DNA of 64,000 bases from Octopus vulgaris. Lineage: Eukaryota. The notes beneath the pieces are model-generated. The model worked only from the letters and a program-made list of their open reading frames with translations, had not been told where the DNA came from and made no database searches. Shown one piece after another: positions 13,520 to 24,984 of the stretch (position 1 is the stretch's first letter; each line of letters begins with the position of its first letter). The stretch is taken from positions 38,130,001-38,194,000 of the forward strand of contig OX597821.1 of assembly GCA_951406725.2 (NCBI GenBank), read 5' to 3'. The translations under genes were made by a program, and so were the position numbers.

Positions 13520-14222
13520 TGTATGTATATATATATCTCAGCAAACTCATTCTCCATTCATATTTTCCGCTATTCACCCCCACCAACATATATATATGCA
13601 CGCACACACATACGCACGCAAATATATGCATATTCGGCTATATAAGATTTATAAAGTATCCAGGCATATCACCTTAGACAGAAACACGCACAGAAACACG
13701 TTAAGTAATCCATTACAGTTTTGAATCAACGATGAAGGCTCGACACTTTCGTTGTGTAATGCACAATTTCATTTGTTTATCAGTAATTGGATAGATACTA
13801 GAATCCTTGGTGTGGCGTGAACTTACACACGTCTATATTGAAAATGCCGGATGAGCCTCAAAATTACTTAATGTATGACGCAATCCCTACTCTGTTAAGC
13901 TTACATTAAATAAGGAGATTCTCAGCAAAGCAATTGCCAGAAAATTTAAAACCCGTCCGTTTGTTTCCTCCTACTGCATACACATATTATATATATGTAT
14001 ATATATATATATAAATATATATATAAATATATATATATATATGTATATATATATAACGTGTCGTATTTTTGCCATTTCAATATGGCTAACCCCAAAGGGT
14101 GGATGCTACTGTAGTTTTTAGCCCCAGGAGGACACACTCCTCCAGCTGACCATAGACACACTTTCTGTGTCCTGTCAGTATTTGCAAAGGGAAGTCATCC
14201 TTCCCGTCTTCAACTTATGATA

Positions 14223-14267
14223 CACACGGACTCGAGTTTCGAGGTATTGACCTCTCGTCAGCGTGTG
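14223..14267 (-). ncRNA. Type I hammerhead ribozyme, unit 1 (intact)
   Basis: Minus strand reads CACACG CUGACGA GAGGU caau ACCUC GAAA CUCGAG UC CGUGUG: full core, 6-bp stem I, 5-bp stem II, palindromic stem III ACUCGAGU, GUC cleavage triplet. Confidence 0.93.
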
Positions 14268-14575
14268 ACAATCATAGTTGTCGCCGAGAATTAGATTTCC
14301 TTCACAAATACTTATACTTTTTCCAGCGTCCACTGTCGCTGATAATGAAAAAGTGAAATGAAACAATGATAAATATCAATGTGAGTTATATACAGTAGCG
14401 GTAACACAACGTGTCGTATTTTTGCCATTTCAATATGGCTAACCCCTAAGGGTGGATGCTACTGTAGTTTTTAGCCCCAGGAGGACACACTCCTCCAGCT
14501 GGCCATAGACACACTTTCTGTGTCCTGTCAGTATTTGCAAAGGGAAGTCATCCTTCCCGTCTTCAACTTATGATA

Positions 14576-14620
14576 CACACGGACTCGAGTTTCGAGGTAT
14601 TGACCTCTTGTCAGCGTGTG
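14576..14620 (-). ncRNA. Type I hammerhead ribozyme, unit 2 (G8>A, probably inactive)
   Basis: Same as unit 1 except the core reads CUGACAA (plus strand cctcttgtcag). Confidence 0.85.
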
Positions 14621-14927
14621 ACAATCATAGTTGTCGCCGAGAATTAGATTTCCTTCACAAATACTTATACTTTTCCAGCGTCCACTGTCGCTGATAATGA
14701 AAAAGTGAAATGAAACAATGATAAATATCAATGTGAGTTATATACAGTAGCGGTAACACAACGTGTCGTATTTTTGCCATTTCAATATGGCTAACCCCTA
14801 AGGGTGGATGCTACTGTAGTTTTTAGCCCCAGGAGGACACACTCCTCCAGCTGGCCATAGACACACTTTCTGTGTCCTGTCAGTATTTGCAAAGGGAAGT
14901 CATCCTTCCCGTCTTCAACTTATGATA

Positions 14928-14972
14928 CACACGGACTCGAGTTTCGAGGTATTGACCTCTCGTCAGCGTGTG
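14928..14972 (-). ncRNA. Type I hammerhead ribozyme, unit 3 (intact)
   Basis: Identical motif to unit 1. Confidence 0.93.
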
Positions 14973-15280
14973 ACAATCATAGTTGTCGCCGAGAATTAGA
15001 TTTCCTTCACAAATACTTATACTTTTTCCAGCGTCCACTGTCGCTGATATTGAAAAAGTGAAATCAAACAATGATAAATATCAATGTGAGTTATATACAG
15101 TAGCGTTAACACAACGTGTCGTATTTTTGCCATTTCAATATGGCTAATCCCTAAGGGTGGATGCTACTGTAGTTTTTAGCCCCAGGAGGACACACTCCTC
15201 CAGCTGGCCATAGACACACTTTCTGTGTCCTGTCAGTATTTGCAAAGGGAAGTCATCCTTCCCGTCTTCAACTTATGATA

Positions 15281-15325
15281 CACACGGACTCGAGTTTCGA
15301 GGTATTGACCTCTCGTCAGCGTGTG
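15281..15325 (-). ncRNA. Type I hammerhead ribozyme, unit 4 (intact)
   Basis: Identical motif to unit 1. Confidence 0.93.
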
Positions 15326-15541
15326 ACAATCATAGTTGTCGCCGAGAATTAGATTTCCTTCACAAATACTTATACTTTTTCCAGCGTCCACTGTCGCTGA
15401 TATTGAAAAAGTGAAATCAAACAATGATAAATATCAATGTGAGTTATATACAGTAGCGGTAACACATCAGCGACAGTGGACGCTGGAAAAAGTATAAGTA
15501 TTTGTGAAGGAAATCTAATTCTCGGCGACAACTATGATTGT

Positions 15542-15586
15542 CACACGCTGACGAGAGGTCAATACCTCGAAACTCGAGTCCGTGTG
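15542..15586 (+). ncRNA. Type I hammerhead ribozyme in the inverted unit (intact, sense to the PTP pre-mRNA)
   Basis: cacacg ctgacga gaggt caat acctc gaaa ctcgag tc cgtgtg read directly on the plus strand. Confidence 0.93.
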
Positions 15587-15770
15587 TATCATAAGTTGAA
15601 GACGGGAAGGATGACTTCCCTTTGCAAATACTGACAGGACACAGAAAGTGTGTCCTCATGGGGCTAAAAACTACAGTAGCATCCACCCTTAGGGGTTAGC
15701 CATATTGAAATGGCAAAAATACGACACGTTGTGTTACCGCTACTGTATATAACTCACATTGATATTTATC

Positions 15771-15820
<50 letters not shown>

Positions 15821-15877
15821 CATATATGTATATATATATATACATATATATATATATAGAAGGAGCTTAGACTAGTA

Positions 15878-15910
<33 letters not shown>

Positions 15911-16634
15911 TTATATATATATTTATATATATATATATATACATATATATAATATGTGTATGCAATAGGAGGAAACAAACGGACGGGTTTAAAATTTTCT
16001 GGCAATTGCTTTGCTGAGAATCTCCTTATTTAATGTAAGCTTAACAGAGTAGGGATTGCGTCATACATTAAGTAATTTTGAGGCTCATCCGGCATTTTCA
16101 ATATAGACGTGTGTAAGTTCACGCCACACCAAGGATTCTAGTATTTATCTAATTACTGATAAACAAATGAAATTGTGCATTACACAACAAAAGTGTCGAG
16201 CCTTCATCGTTGATTCAAAACTGTAATGGATTACTTAACGTGTTTCTGTCTAAGGTGATATGCCTGGATACTTTATAAATCTTATATAGCCGAATATGCA
16301 TATATTTGCGTGCGTATGTGTGTGCGTGCATATATATATGTTGGTGGGGGTGAATAGCGGAAAATATGAATGGAGAATGAGTTTGCTGAGATCATGCAAT
16401 TTATTGAATGACCTTGCCATCACTTGGAGTATTTGCCTCTAAATCCAACGCCGAGCATAACGTCATTATCGTTAACATCATAACTGTTTTGTTAGTCTTG
16501 GCACTGATGCTATTTTCCCTCTATTGTAATTATGTCTTCTAATTTATTATTATTATTATTGCTGTTTTTTATTATTACATTAGTTTTCTAATAATAATAA
16601 TAATAATAATAATAATGATAATAATAATAATAAT

Positions 16635-16673
<39 letters not shown>

Positions 16674-18122
16674 CATTATTGCTGTTGTTGTTGTTGTTGT
16701 TTTTGTGCAGATAATTAGGTTGTGAAAAAAGTCTAAAAGCAACCCACAGCTCTAATAGAGAATGCAAAATCCATTAAAATGTTTCTTTTTGCTAATTAGT
16801 TTCTTTGAAATTCTGTTTCTTCTTTTCTTCTTTGCTTCGTGAAACTATAGTCTCATATTTCTTCCAAATTTAATAGATTTTTCTAATTTATCATACTTTT
16901 CAGTGACTAACAATCACACACACACACGCACACACACACACACACGCACACACACACACACGCACACACACACACACACACGCACACACACACATTTCGC
17001 GATTTCAACATCACGTGATATGTTCCGATACATTCCCGTCAAATGCTCATGGAATTCATAGCTACATCGTTTCCTTCATTGAGTATTTCCCATGCAGGGA
17101 TTGAGTTATTTACGAGTTACCTCTGTCTCTTCAATCCTCCCCCTCGAGTATTCTCTTTAACTAATTAAAATTCAAGGCAGGTTTCGGTTGTATTTAGTTT
17201 CATTGTGTCAATAAGGCCAGCTTACTCCTAGTATGTTGTACAAGTTAATCCACAAGGGATAATCAATTCTAAGAAAACTTTAGCATATTAAACCGATCGA
17301 CGAATCTCAGAATACAGTTTTCGATATATATTTAGTATAGCAGCCGTGTAAATTAGGTGAGTGAATGAGAACATTCTAGAGTCGTTCTTAATTCACAAAC
17401 ATACGCACGCACACACGCACACAGTGTGTGCCCGGTATGAACTGGAAGTTCATAGTCTAAATCTATCTTCGTGCTGAATTTAGGAAACGTTGTCGTCGTC
17501 CCTGGTTATGAAGACATGCAAAATTAAATTATCATTTTATTAACAGAGAGATAGAGAGAGGTGGGGAGAGAGAAAAAAACTGAAACGCACGAAGACAAGT
17601 GGGCGCTAAGTATCTCAATAAAGGCCTACACTTTCACTAGAATAAACAAATCTGTGTAAGCAAAAGAATTGTATATTATTATAATTGTCAATATGTATGT
17701 GTGTGTGTTTATTTTCCCATACATTAGCACATGTGCGTGTATGTGTATGTGTATGTTTGTTTAAATCTGTAAGCCATAGTTGGTTGCAATGGTTGTTATT
17801 ACATCGTTTCCTCTCCTTCAAATTACCAAAATGTGGTTCACCCTAATTCACATATTTCTCTGCATCTCTTCTTACTCATTGCGAATTTACAATTTACATC
17901 TCTTCCAAGCGTTTATCCCAAAACTTGCTTACCTTCACAACTACTCTCTCCGCCTTTTCTCCATAAATAACTATTAACAAGTAGCTTAGGTAGTGACCAA
18001 TTGGAGCCGGACTCATTGTTGTGGCACTTAAGATCAATGCCTCTATGGTAGTCTCGAACTGACCAATCCATTGAGGGAAGCTATGCTCTTTCTCTCCATC
18101 TCTCCCTCTTTCCCTCTTACTG

Positions 18123-18372
18123 CACACACACACACACAGACAGACACACACAAACACCAACAGACAGACACACACACAAACCTCGACAGACACACACACA
18201 CACAAACATCGACAGACACACACAAACACCAACAGACAGACACACACACAAACATCGACAGACACACACACACAAACATCGACAGACACACACACATAAA
18301 CACTAACAGACAGACAGACACACTCACACAAACACAAACAGACAGACACACACAAACGCTCACACATACAAA
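18123..18372. repeat. CA-rich compound minisatellite
   Basis: Repeats of gacagacacacacacaaac(atc/acc). Confidence 0.9.
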
Positions 18373-19734
18373 TACATATAATTTTTGCATTCAACAAAAA
18401 ATTCGAATAGAGAAAGTTCAGGGTGTTAATTTAATTGTTCTTAGAAAGATACCAATATTTCACGAGTGGTTCCTTGCGGAATGGCTCATAAGAAACATAT
18501 TCGTTTTTATTCCACCCATATGTATAGACTGAATTATTAACTCAATGCTAGAATTCTGCTGTTTTTTCGGTTTTTTTTTAGAGGACAACTTTTCCAAAAG
18601 ATATCCTCTAAAATTAATACTTTGGTTTCGTTTGTTTAAATTAATTCCTTAATGGAAAATGTTTTCATAACGTGAAATTTGCTTCATAGCATCTGAATTG
18701 CACTAAATACGCAAGTGAAAAAGGGGAGTGTAGTGACATTTAGTAGCAGCAGCAGTAGCAGCACTGCTGTAATCTCCAATGATTAATTACATGAAACATT
18801 CGCCATTCAGGTCTGTCTTCTACTTCGGTGAACTAGCGACTTCGGAAACATCGAATATCTACATTGTTATATTGCATGTTACTTTTTACATCCAACTGGA
18901 AAGAACGGTTTCTCTATTAAATAAAGACTAAACACTACCAAACTGCTAAGAAAACAGATAGAAAAGCAAAAGAGTTATCCTTAGGATATGAAATCGGCGT
19001 TAGTAGCGATGGTGGTTGTGCAGTCAAGTGAAATAAAAATGAACAGAAATAAATTGGCTCAGGTAATGGCGGGTTGGTCATAATAGATGGTAATTAACAA
19101 TGATAATGAAAGCATAGAAGTTGTGTGCCGATGGACAAAGATTGAACAGTCATAAGTATTTGCTTATTAAGCAGAGAAAATAACAAATCATTTAGTAACG
19201 CAGTAAAGTCAATAATATTGATCACAATGTTGGTTTATCAACGAAATTAAATTGTATTTTCAATTAAGTATCTGGAGGCAACCGGTTAGTTTCAATACGA
19301 TCGATGACGATCAAAATATTTTTTCTTTCCATCTTTCCCTCTATCTTCCTTTTGCTATATCAGCCTTCCTTTCTTTTAAACGATTTCTCTCTCCTTGCTC
19401 GGGAAAAAAATACAGATATATATAAACAACCACTCAAACTTAGACAAATTGAGTCAGTAAAAATCCAAATTTCTGTTTCGTAAATATAGCAATTTATTTA
19501 TTTGTTTGTTTGTTTGTTTGTTTGTTTGTTTCTCGGCATCTAGCAGCAATCTCTCCATTTATTATATGTTCTTGTTCCGCCAAGATGAGTGATTATAAAT
19601 TTCCTTTTCTACATCAACTTCTTTTGAACTCCATGCTGTCACTTAACTAATGTAAATCATAAACACAATGCCATGCAGTGAAGAGTATTCGTTGTAAATT
19701 ATTCTAATATATGTATGTATACATGTCTGCTTGC

Positions 19735-19806
<72 letters not shown>

Positions 19807-19935
19807 ATACACATATGCAAATGTTTATATATATCTATGTATATATTTATATATATAGAATAATTATTTGAGGGAATATTATTCCTAACTTACAGGGAAA
19901 AATTCAATTTAAAAATACTAAATCAAATTTCACAA

Positions 19936-19969
<34 letters not shown>

Positions 19970-19973
<4 letters not shown>

Positions 19974-20067
19974 TAGAAAAAACACCTTTTATCAATTCAA
20001 AATGAACAATTAGATGGTGTAATTTAATTGTTCATTTTGAATTGATAAAAGGTGTTTTTTCTAATTT
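19970..20067. repeat. Perfect 43-bp-arm hairpin with 12-bp spacer between TA tracts
   Basis: aaattagaaaaaacacc...aacaatta gatggtgtaatt taattgtt...ggtgttttttctaattt. Confidence 0.95.
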
Positions 20068-20190
20068 ATATATATATATTTGTATATATGTATGTGTGTG
20101 CGTACATATGTATGTATGTCCGTATATATGCGTACATATATATAGATATGTATCTTTCCCGCTCTGTCAATACACACATATATATATAAT

Positions 20191-20690
20191 CGAGGGGTTA
20201 CGCAAAAGAATCTGGAATTTTGCAGTTTTATTTGATTCACCTAGTTTTACACTTTTACACTTTTATCGCCTTCAAAATATCCTCCATTGAAAGTAATGAT
20301 TCGATCCAGCGTTTTCCACTGCTCGAAGCAGTGCTGCAGGTCTTGCGAAGTGATACGTCGTTTTTTTACTCATCCCTTCAACATCGGCAAATTCCGTAGC
20401 ACCACCTTTCGTCACCAGTGATGACCAGCGAAAAAAGGGCCAAATGAACTGTTCTTTCTGTTCACAACCGGCATTCAGGCGTGACTGCTTTTCATCTGTG
20501 AGTGAGCGAGGTACAAATTTCGCTGTAAATCATTTCATTCGCAATTCCTTGCTCAAAATTTGTTGGCAAGTGCTCCAATCATACCAACTCCATTCATATC
20601 AACAACCTCGTGAATTTTTTTGGCGACGGTTCTCCAAGATCAGTTCATGAATTTTCATGTTTTCATTCGATCGGAAGGTCAACAGTCCCT
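20191..20690 (-). mobile_element. Internally deleted mariner-family remnant
   Basis: Minus-strand peptides VITGDE and QDLQHCFEQWK; ta-cgagggg-like terminus next to the TA tract. Confidence 0.65.
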
Positions 20691-21645
20691 ATTGCGGCTT
20701 TATTTTTGAATCGATGAATAAAACTTAATAACAGTATTAAAAACATTGAAAGTCTACAACGATGTACGACTTGAACATAGTCTTATCGTTCCATGCGTCA
20801 AACTCGCCTCCCTTTATTGCAGTATACCACTCCAATTACTCAACTTTCTCTGTTCTTTTTAAAGTTCCTCAATACTTCCATAAGTTTTAATTAACAATTA
20901 ATAAATTTCTTTTTATATGTTTTAGCTCATATTAAATTCTTTGGAACATTTATTTTAATTTACTTTACTTTTGTTCTCCGAAATATTTTCTTTGTGCCAA
21001 ATACCAAATATATGATCATTACTAAACATCACTGATAGATTTATGTGCAATTCCCATTACTCTTTCCCTGTCTACTTACTGACCTCAAAATTTCTTTCTC
21101 TCCACAAATGACTTCGATTTTATTCAGTTTATTTTTGCCTCCCCACCCTCCGGCTGATATATCTTCTTTAAAACACAAGAGACAGATTTTCAACAATGGC
21201 TTTCTACAGATTTATTGTCTTTTATAAATTTTTACTGCACAATTGTCAGAACATTTATATCTGTAACGTTGCCCATCAATAAATTTACTGTCTTTACATT
21301 TATTATACACAACTACCACCAACTGAGCAGAGCAATCTGTTGGTAATTGCGCTCTCTCTCTGTTTGACTTTCTGGCTTTCATTGACACTTTCTCTCTCTG
21401 TCTTCAATCTGCGTGTGTGTGTGTGTGTGTGTGTATGATTTTAGGCGCTGGTAAGATATAAATGTAGGGTATTTCTAGAGAAGCATTCAACCCAAGTTCT
21501 GGGCTGTCTACACTGTCGGATTCCAGACTAAGATCGAAATTCTGCCAGTGTAGAAAATGCTGGTTTCACGGCAGAAAAACTGTTGTGCGGATGTGGGGAA
21601 GAGTGAAATATAATATGTAAGAGTAAACTATTATATACATTCATG

Positions 21646-21751
<106 letters not shown>

Positions 21752-21767
21752 TAGGAAATGGAGTTAT

Positions 21768-21925
21768 AGGCGCAGGAGCGTCTGTGTTGTAAATAGATTG
21801 CTAACCAACCACATAGTTCCTGGTTCAGTCCCACAGTGTGGTATCTTGGGCAAGTGTCTTCTACTATAGCCTCAGGCCGACCAAATCCTTGTGAGTGGAC
21901 TTGGTAGAGGGAAACTAAAAGCTTG
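21768..21925 (+). mobile_element. SINE family B, 5' part
   Basis: ggcgcaggag...ggttcagtcccac...ttgggcaagtgtc. Confidence 0.85.
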
Positions 21926-21951
21926 TATATATACATATATATTTTGTTATG

Positions 21952-23185
21952 CACCAAGTTTGACACTCGTTAACTCTAATGTTTTATCCTGACAATTCGT
22001 TTGTTTTACAACATTGAAGACTTACATCATCAGTTTTTGAAATGCATTTCATGGTGTCTGATTATATTGTGACTTTTCTCTTGTAAATCAATTTTTGTGA
22101 ACTCAGGAATAGACCAAAAATCCCTGTTTATGAATATGAGTTCCGTCGTGGAACCAATGCATCCCAAAACAGCTCGAAACATGAATGAGGTGTTTGGTGA
22201 AGATGTGGCGAATGAGCGCACTGTATGTCGATAGTTGAGAAGTTCCGGTCTGGTGACTTTACTCCTGAAAATCAGTCCCGTGGTAGACCAGAGACCAAGA
22301 TGGATAATGATGAGCTGGAAACTGTAGTGGAAGCGGATACATCTCAAACTACGCGTGAGTTAGCAGCAAGGTTTGATGGTGTTTCAATTCCAACAGTATT
22401 GGGCCATCCGAAACAAATCATCAAACTGGACAAGTGGGTACCACAGGAACTGAACGAGCATCAAATGGCATGTCGTCTTGAAAATTGCTTTTCTTTACTG
22501 TCATGGCATAAAAGCTAACTGTTATTGCATCGTATTGTTACGTGTGATGAAAAATGGATTCTTTTCAACAATAGCAAGCGTTCTACACGATGGTTGGATA
22601 GAGACGAAGTTCCAAAACCACGACCGAAAAAAGAATCTTAATCCAAAAAAGCTAATGGTATCTGTTTGATGGTCCAGCGCTGGTGTCATCCACTGTAGCT
22701 TCATGACCGGGTAAGTCAATTACAGCGGATGTATACATCAACCACTTGGATGAAATGATGAGCGAACTTGCAATTAAACAACCGAGATTGGTCAAAAGAT
22801 ACAGGCCAGTGCTCTTGCAAGAGAATGCTCGACCACATGTTCCACAAAGAACGCTACTCAATTTAGAGGAATTGAACGTCAAAGTACTGTCATCCACGAT
22901 ATTCACTAGACCTTGCACCAAGTGACTATCACATTTTCCAGGCATTCGACAACGTTTTGCAATGAAAAAATCTTCAAATCTGAAGAAGATGCAAAAACAG
23001 CCTTTCATGATTTCATCACTTCTTGCTCTCCAGAATTCTTCGCTGCCGGTAGAAATAAGCTACCGATAAAATGGCAATATTATGTTGATAATTTAGGTGC
23101 ACACTTTGATTAACTGCATTGCTTTGCGTTGAATTAAATAAACTTTATATTCAAAATCGGACATTTCATTCTTAATGACTTGGTG
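21952..23185 (+). mobile_element. Decayed mariner transposon (transposase pseudogene)
   Basis: Fragments WVPQELNEHQ, LHRIVTCDEKW and HPRYSLDLAPSDYHIF match WVPHEL and YSPDLAPSD; stops and frameshifts present. Ends caccaagt / acttggtg, with the left TIR mostly deleted. Confidence 0.93.
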
Positions 23186-24244
23186 TATATACACATAAAA
23201 GTGGGCATAGTAACGTGCATCCTGCAACCGAAAACGGGATCAGTATTAGGTGTACTGAAATATTATTCGTAACGAATAACATTCGAGATACTTTTAGTGC
23301 AGTTTTAAAAGAATTCTGGGAATGAAACAAATTTCACTATAATGAAAAACCATTCTTTTGGTATTCGCTTTGACGGATTTTCACCTGTGTGTGAATGTAT
23401 TTATTTATTTATTTATTTTTGAAACCCAAAGCAATCCAAGCCATAAAAATTAATAATACAGGTTAATGGTTTCTACCTTTACCTGACATTTCGATATTTC
23501 AGGGTTAGGCTTCCTCTCTTTACCTTCAGTTCGCATTTGATCAAGCTGACCAAGCAGATACAGTTTGGTTTGTAATCTTCAATGCTTGCTTTCTAAGGTA
23601 GCAAAGTGTGGTTTCGGGTAAGATATCACTGCTATTTTTAGCAGGTCATGGGGACATGTAGAAATGCCATTGTCGGCTCTCTCTCTATATATATATCTAT
23701 AGCAGTTTATTTGTAGCACTGCTGTCACTAGGATTCACCGTAAATTTCTTACTTACTATCAGCTCCCTGTCAGTTTGTCTAAACACGCATCGCCGTGGTT
23801 ATCTATTTGTCTCCGTTTTCTTTGTTTCTCCCCGGAGCTTTGTCACTATGTCACGCATACACACTTGCCTACGCTCTCTCATGCGCGCACAGACACATAC
23901 AAACACACTCTCACACGCAGAGACACACACTCTAACATATACACTCACACACACCTAAGCATTCTTTTTATATGTCACCTGCTGGTTGTTTCTCCTCTTT
24001 CTCCTCCTCGTCGCTGTCCGCCTGTTTGCAGTCGGCTGCTTGCTCTTTTCATTATCGCACTTATCTCAATTTACTTTTATATCTATTTCAACTACAAACT
24101 CATTCTCCTGCATCGTTGTTGAATGTCTCGACTTCTGTGTCGTCTCTCTATACATCCATGACTCCAAGCCTTTGTTGAGATATTTTCTGTATATTTAGCA
24201 ACCCTAATCCATTGTTTGTCGAAATGTTAGCCACCACGTGAAGG

Positions 24245-24460
24245 CTGGCAGAAACGTTAGCACGCCGGTCGAAATGCTTATCGGTATTTCGTCTGCCGTT
24301 ACGTTCTGAGTTCGAATTCCGCCGAGGTCGACTTTGCCTTTCATCCTTTCGGGGTCGATTAAATAAGTACCAGTTACGTACCGGGGTCGATGTAATCGAC
24401 TTAATCCCTTTGTCCTTGTTTGCCCCCTCTATGTTTAGCCCCCTGTAGGCAATAAAGAAG
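24245..24460 (+). mobile_element. SINE family A
   Basis: Near-identical to 1096-1326. Confidence 0.9.
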
Positions 24461-24984
24461 TAAATATTTTCTCATCTTTTCATCCGAAATGGTCGAAAGA
24501 TATTTCTCCTGACATCTTTTAAAGTTTCCGAGTAATTCTTGGTTAAAGTTTCTAATCAAATTCGCACATGTAAAACTCAAACTATTCATGGTGAGAGACT
24601 TTGAGAAAGAAATTTTTTTTTTTTTTTTTATCTCTAGCAATCTCTGATTTTTCCCTTTCTCTTTCTTGTAGGCAAGGGATACTCGGTGACCATATTTCTT
24701 AGTAGCCTAGTCTATTAGGAATAAGGATTTCTACATTGTTAAGAATATTGTTGGGTTTCTTGATTTAAAATGTCATAATCACAGAAGATTATGAGAACCT
24801 GTAGACATGCTTGGTGAAAGGTATACACACAAGTTCAGCTATTTCCAGGCTACGAACGTACTCCGATTGGAGTGGGACATTTCACTTCGTTGTGGATTGT
24901 GAGCTCATAACGAAAGCATAAGATTTTGTGGCAATGAACTTATTATTACTGGTTCAATCATATACGATACCTACTCTTTCGTTG

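Larger units (their letters stand above)
14055..15773 (-). mobile_element. Retrozyme-like tandem array: four 352-353 bp units (14055-15465) plus one inverted, circularly permuted unit (15466-15773)
   Basis: Units start with aacgtgtcg at 14055, 14408, 14760 and 15113 and are near-identical. Each holds one hammerhead. No credible coding capacity. (TA)n on both sides. Confidence 0.88.
13535..16392. repeat. Long inverted duplication; arms ~13535-13990 and ~15945-16392 enclose the ribozyme array
   Basis: Arms are reverse complements with about five substitutions and a 12-bp tandem duplication in the left arm. Confidence 0.95.

Noticed and set aside
14055-15465. Array as a CRISPR-like locus or plain satellite
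   Set aside because: No unique spacers, eukaryotic context, and each unit carries a complete ribozyme.
14175-15686. Repeated 63-80 aa ORFs in the tandem units
   Set aside because: Short, frameshifted in unit 2, no recognisable domain; better explained by a structured non-coding RNA.
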